A stretch of DNA of 13,320 nucleotides from Kofleriaceae bacterium. Lineage in GTDB: Bacteria; Myxococcota_A; Polyangia; Haliangiales; Haliangiaceae. The notes beneath the pieces are model-generated. The model was not told the DNA's origin and did no database searches. It saw only the letters and a list, made by a program, of their open reading frames with translations. Shown in pieces: positions 9,610-13,320 of this stretch; position 1 is the stretch's first letter; each line of letters starts with the position of its first letter. A program made the translations under genes and the position numbers. The stretch is from assembly GCA_046597055.1 (NCBI GenBank), contig JBKJLC010000295.1:1-13320 (forward strand). The letters run 5' to 3'.

Positions 9610-10758
9610 CTACAGCGCCCGGTCGGCCGCGCGCAGCATGGCCAGCACTTCCTGGCGGGCCTCGCCGAGGTCGGGGTACTGCCGGGGCAGGCGGGCGAGG
9701 AGGGCGCGGGCCAGGACGTCGACGTCGACGCTGGGTCCGAAGTCGACGCCGAGGATCGAGGCCCACGTGATCAGGCGCGCCGGGGTCGGGGTCGGGCCGC
9801 CGGTGCGCACGCCGATCTGGTGGAGCAGATCGGATTTGTCGCCGACGATCGCGTCGAGGGCGTCGCCGGTGCGCTCGTCGTTCTTGGAGCGGACCCGCCA
9901 GGCCCAGGTGTGATGGTCGGCGGCGACCCGCGGCCACAGGCTGATGTCGAGCACCTCGCCGGCCTTGCCCTGGAGCGGCGGATCGAGCGGGAAGATGGTC
10001 TGGACCCAGTGGGTGACGGCGTCGCCGACCGCCGAGGTCAGCTCGACGCCGGGCGCCAGGGTCGCCCGGAAGCTGACCGAGATCGCGGTGACCGGGCCGT
10101 CGATGCCGACGGTGGCGGTGCCGGTGAAGCAGGCCGGGTACTCGGTGTCGGTGGCCAGGGACGGGCCGTCGCTCTCGGGGCCGACCAGGTCGGCCGGCTC
10201 GAGCCGGGTGATCGCGACCCGGCGGCGCAGGCGGTCGGTCAAGGCGGTCATGCGCAGGCCGTGGAGGTCGCTCAGCGCGGCCAGCTCCTCCTCCATCGCG
10301 CGCGGCCGGGCGGCCGCGAAGACCAGCCGGTACGACGACGGCAGCAGGACCGCGCCCTCGGCGGCGAGCCGGCGGGCCAGCCGGTAGACCTTGTGCTGCT
10401 GCTCGGCGGGGGCGAAGTGACCGAGCAGCTCGCCGATCACGACCCGCGGCTTCTCGGGCAGCTCGTCGATGTCGGCAAAGTCGGCGCGGATCGGCTCGAC
10501 CACGCCCGAGAAGCCGTTGTCCTCGACGTGCCGGTGGCACAGCTCGATGGCGCCGGTGCGCTCGACCGCGAAGACGCGCCGGGCGCCCGCCTTGGCCGCG
10601 AGCATGGCGAGCACGCCCGAGCCGCTGCCGATGTCGAGGACGACGTCGCCGGGACGGACGACCGCAGCGATCGCGCGGGCATAGGCGTCGACGCGGACGC
10701 GGTCGAGCAGCATCGCCGCCTGCTCGGCGGGGTCGGTGTAACCATAGATTCGGGTCAT
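9610..10758 (-). CDS. Class I SAM methyltransferase, protein arginine methyltransferase (PRMT)-like
   Basis: Start ATG 10758; 382 aa. YTDPAEQAAMLLDRVRVDAY, VVLDIGSGSGVL (motif I), VFAVE (post-I), GELLGHFAPAE (double-E loop), LLP, LSDLHGLRM (arm-like) and VTHWVQTIF (THW loop). Confidence 0.85.
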   Translation of the reverse strand: MTRIYGYTDPAEQAAMLLDRVRVDAYARAIAAVVRPGDVVLDIGSGSGVLAMLAAKAGARRVFAVERTGAIELCHRHVEDNGFSGVVEPIRADFADIDELPEKPRVVIGELLGHFAPAEQQHKVYRLARRLAAEGAVLLPSSYRLVFAAARPRAMEEELAALSDLHGLRMTALTDRLRRRVAITRLEPADLVGPESDGPSLATDTEYPACFTGTATVGIDGPVTAISVSFRATLAPGVELTSAVGDAVTHWVQTIFPLDPPLQGKAGEVLDISLWPRVAADHHTWAWRVRSKNDERTGDALDAIVGDKSDLLHQIGVRTGGPTPTPARLITWASILGVDFGPSVDVDVLARALLARLPRQYPDLGEARQEVLAMLRAADRAL

Positions 10759-10871
10759 GAAGCTCCGTGGGCGGCCAGCCAGGTGCTGGCCTCTTCGTGC
10801 TGGGCGACGAATGCGCCGCCGAGCGCAGCGTAGCGGTGGCGGGCCGGGGTGGCGAGGCGGCGCGTCCGCAC
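10755..10871 (-). CDS. Putative small Arg-rich peptide, stop overlapping the PRMT-like start
   Basis: GTG 10871: (M)RTRRLATPARHRYAALGGAFVAQHEEASTWLAAHGAS*, 38 aa; alternative GTG 10922 gives 55 aa. Its TGA (10755-10757) overlaps the methyltransferase ATG (ATGA). Mostly G/C-ending codons. Confidence 0.35.
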   Translation of the reverse strand: MRTRRLATPARHRYAALGGAFVAQHEEASTWLAAHGAS

Positions 10872-10930
10872 ACGGTCGCCGCCGTCGTCCCATAGCACGG
10901 CGGGCGCCCGCTGCGGATCCACCGCGGCGC

Positions 10931-12163
10931 TTAGCGCTTCACGAGGACCAGCTGGTGATCGGAGAGGGTGCGCTCGGCAAAGGCCGCCTCGGAGAACGCC
11001 AGGTACAGCGACCAGGTGCGCACGAACGCCTCGTCGAAGCCGAGCTCGCGGACCGCCGGCAGCGCCGCCGCGAACCGGGCCCGCCACGCCTGCAGGGTCG
11101 GCACGTAGGCCGCGCCGACCTCGTGGGTGGCGACCCGCTCGAGGCCGGTGCCGGCGAGGGCGGCGTCGATCGCGCTCAGCGACGGGATGTGGGTCCCGGG
11201 GAGGACGTAGGTCTGCATCCAGTCGACCGAGCGCAGGTAGGCGGGGTAGCGGGCCTCAGGCATCGTGATGCTCTGGATCACGGCGCGGCCGCCCGCGCGC
11301 AGCCGCGCGGCGATCATCTGGAAGTAAGCGGGCAGGTGGGCGGCGCCGACCGCCTCGAGCATCTCGCACGACAGGATCACGTCGTGGGTGCCGGTGGCGT
11401 CGCGGTAGTCGCGGCGCGCGATCTCGACCCGGTTGCCGATGTCGGCGGCGGCGACCCGGGCGCGCGCGAACAGCAGCTGCTCGCGCGACACGGTCAGCGC
11501 GGTGACGTGACCGCCGCGGCGGGCCGCGTGCATCGCGAGCGCGCCCCAGCCGCAGCCGAGCTCGAGCACGCGATCGCCCTCGCGGATCGCGGCCAGGTCG
11601 CACAGCCGGTCGAGCTTGGCGGTCTGGGCCGTCGCCAGGTCGACGGTGCCTGCCGGCCACAGCGCGCACGAATAGATCAGCTGCTCGTCGAGGAACAGCC
11701 GGTAGAAGGCGTTGCCCAGGTCGTAGTGGGCGCCGACATTCTTGACGCTGCCCGCGCGGTCGCGGCCGGCGCGGCGATGGCGCACCAGCGCCGGCAGTCG
11801 GGTGAGTCGGGTCAGCCAGGACTCGAGCCCGCGGGCGGCGGTCGCGCGCAGGAACAGGCGCAGCGCGGTCGGCAGGTCGTCGGCGTCCCAGTGCCCGGCG
11901 ACGAACGCCTCGCCGGCGCCGAGCTCGCCGCGCGTCATCACGCGGGTGAACGCGCGCTCGTCGGTGATCGTGATGGTCGCGTCGGGCGCGCCGGCGCCGC
12001 CCAGCCGCACCCGCGAATCGTCGGGGAGCCGGACATCGAGCCGGCCCTCCTGCCAGCCCCGAGCCAGGGTCCCGAGCACCACCCGGCGCGCGAGCGCACG
12101 CGCCGGCCCCGCGAGCCGCGGGACGGGTGCAACGAGCGGTCGGGTCAGGTCGGTTCCACTCAA
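10931..12163 (-). CDS. cfa: Cyclopropane-fatty-acyl-phospholipid synthase family SAM methyltransferase
   Basis: GELGAGEAFVAGHW, VGAHYDLGNAFYRLFLD...YSCALW, VLELGCGWG, DYRD, EMLEAVG, YVLPG, YVPTLQAW, TWSLYLAFSEAAF. Start uncertain: TTG 12163 chosen, GTG 12178 is an alternative. Confidence 0.88.
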   Translation of the reverse strand: MSGTDLTRPLVAPVPRLAGPARALARRVVLGTLARGWQEGRLDVRLPDDSRVRLGGAGAPDATITITDERAFTRVMTRGELGAGEAFVAGHWDADDLPTALRLFLRATAARGLESWLTRLTRLPALVRHRRAGRDRAGSVKNVGAHYDLGNAFYRLFLDEQLIYSCALWPAGTVDLATAQTAKLDRLCDLAAIREGDRVLELGCGWGALAMHAARRGGHVTALTVSREQLLFARARVAAADIGNRVEIARRDYRDATGTHDVILSCEMLEAVGAAHLPAYFQMIAARLRAGGRAVIQSITMPEARYPAYLRSVDWMQTYVLPGTHIPSLSAIDAALAGTGLERVATHEVGAAYVPTLQAWRARFAAALPAVRELGFDEAFVRTWSLYLAFSEAAFAERTLSDHQLVLVKR

Positions 12164-12471
12164 GACAGCGGCGCCCACCCTAGCCGAAACCGGGCGGCGA
12201 CGGTGGGTAGTCCATACCGGGTCTTCGAATACGATCATGGGGAGTCGGCGCGCCCACGGATGTGGGCAGTCCTGAACAATCATCAGGGACAGCGCCGGCG
12301 GCATGGTCGCGACGCATGCGAGCGGTGAGGCAGACTCGCCGCCGGAGAGGCGTCCGATCGGAGCTTCCATGACGTGGGCGCGGAGACCGGCTGATTCGCC
12401 GCCAGGCCGCTGACGGCCGGCTGCCCGTGGACACCGAGCGCCCGAGCATCCCGAGCGAGGACCAGCGCGCA

Positions 12472-12559
12472 GCGACGGCCGATTCGACGGATGGCGCCGG
12501 CTCCGGGCCGTCGCAACATCGAGCGCTTCGATCACCTCGAGAGACGTGATCGAACTCGA
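12472..12559. repeat. Tandem hairpins downstream of the Y1 transposase (REP-like or end-structure candidates)
   Basis: GCGACGGCC 12472-12480 / GGCCGTCGC 12506-12514; TTCGATCAC 12527-12535 / GTGATCGAA 12546-12554, extended by TCGAG 12519-12523 / CTCGA 12555-12559. Confidence 0.5.
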
Positions 12560-12581
12560 GCGGTGCCCGACGGCGCCGGCT

Positions 12582-13304
12582 CTATGGTGCTGGCCCCGGG
12601 ACCTCGCGCGGATCGATCGGACCGTGCCGCCGCCAGCCAACCCTCAGCAGCCAGCTCGCCGCCGGCACCACCGGTAGCGGGTCGCTCGTGGCGGCTCCGG
12701 GCGGCACGGTGCCCGGGCGCCAGCCGTCGAAGCGGGTCCCGCTCGAGTACGGGTCGACCTGGGCCCGGCGCTGGGCGACGCCGCCGACGTCTTCGCGGTG
12801 ACGACGCCAGTTGTTGATGACGTAGCAGAGCGCATGACGTGCTTGCCGCGGCGTGCGGATGACGGTCACGTGATACCGCGACAGGAACACCTGGCCGCGG
12901 TGCGGTCGCGCCAGCCGCCGGTCGCGTGTGATGGCCTGGTTGAGCCGGCGGGCAGCCGAGATCTCGAACCCCTGCATGCCGCGGGCGAGCGCCCGCTCGT
13001 CGTCGGCCTCGACCAGCAGGTGCACGTGGTTGTGCTGGATGCTGATGTGCACGATGCGGAAGTCGTGGCGCGGCAGCGTCGTGACCATCGCGCGGCGAAG
13101 CGCCTGATAGGCACTGCGGCGGCGGAGCCGACCGACCTCGCGGCTCACCGGCAGGACCACATGGACCGGCAGGGCGGACGTGATTTGCGCGCGCTTGCGG
13201 ACGCGCTGGTGCGGGCGTCGACCGGGTGCCGGCTTGCGGCCCGCGCCGGGACGGCGACCGCCGTGGGTCCGGAACTCGAGCGTGGTCTGCCGCGGCGTCG
13301 CCAT
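12582..13304 (-). mobile_element. HUH Y1 tyrosine transposase, REP-associated (RAYT / IS200-like TnpA)
   Basis: GGRRPGAGRK N-terminus, PVHVVL, HUH motif IQHNHVHLLVEA, GQVF..RYH, catalytic-Tyr motif YVINN, DPYSS. 240 aa. No tnpB downstream. Confidence 0.85.
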
Positions 13305-13320
13305 CTTGATTGCACCGATA

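Noticed and set aside
7241..9913. 890-aa plus-strand ORF, and similarly 1794..3878, 322..1305, 9820..10833, 10757..12328 and 5046..6311
   Set aside because: Antisense shadows of real genes. High GC removes stop codons, and no recognisable motifs are present.
9610..10758. PrmA (ribosomal protein L11 methyltransferase) assignment
   Set aside because: Lacks the PrmA N-terminal domain and FGTGxH motif, and instead has the double-E and THW loops.
7334..10873. 1179-aa ORF as a giant fusion protein
   Set aside because: The first ~440 aa are an Arg/Pro-rich off-frame reading of the methyltransferase gene. The molybdoenzyme begins at ATG 9547, just before its 4Fe-4S motif.
12582..13304. IS605-type element with TnpB/IscB
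   Set aside because: No RuvC-type nuclease ORF downstream of the Y1 transposase. The upstream side lies outside the window.

Overview
Very GC-rich bacterial DNA. The Cys-rich lipoproteins, FG-GAP proteins and a RAYT-type Y1 transposase suggest a myxobacterium (Myxococcota; inference). Gene order: a Cys-rich repeat lipoprotein that runs off the left edge and is missing from the ORF track (-); ybaN-like (-), translationally coupled to a KamA-family radical SAM aminomutase (-); a ~390-bp divergent intergenic region; two tandem paralogous Cys-rich/FG-GAP lipoproteins (+); then a run of minus-strand genes: group-1 truncated hemoglobin, orphan molybdopterin oxidoreductase, SAM methyltransferase, CFA-synthase-family methyltransferase, and an HUH Y1 (RAYT-like) transposase with hairpins downstream. 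Three signals stand out. (1) The methyltransferase has the eukaryotic protein-arginine-methyltransferase (PRMT) signature set (double-E loop, THW loop, dimerization arm), a PqqD/RRE-like C-terminal tail, and an Arg-rich small ORF whose stop overlaps its start. (2) Upstream of kamA is a ~115-nt nested rod-like inverted repeat, one arm of which is a short leader ORF, a candidate attenuator or ncRNA. (3) The truncated globin appears to have a charged distal pocket. All family assignments come from motif recognition by eye; no database searches were run.
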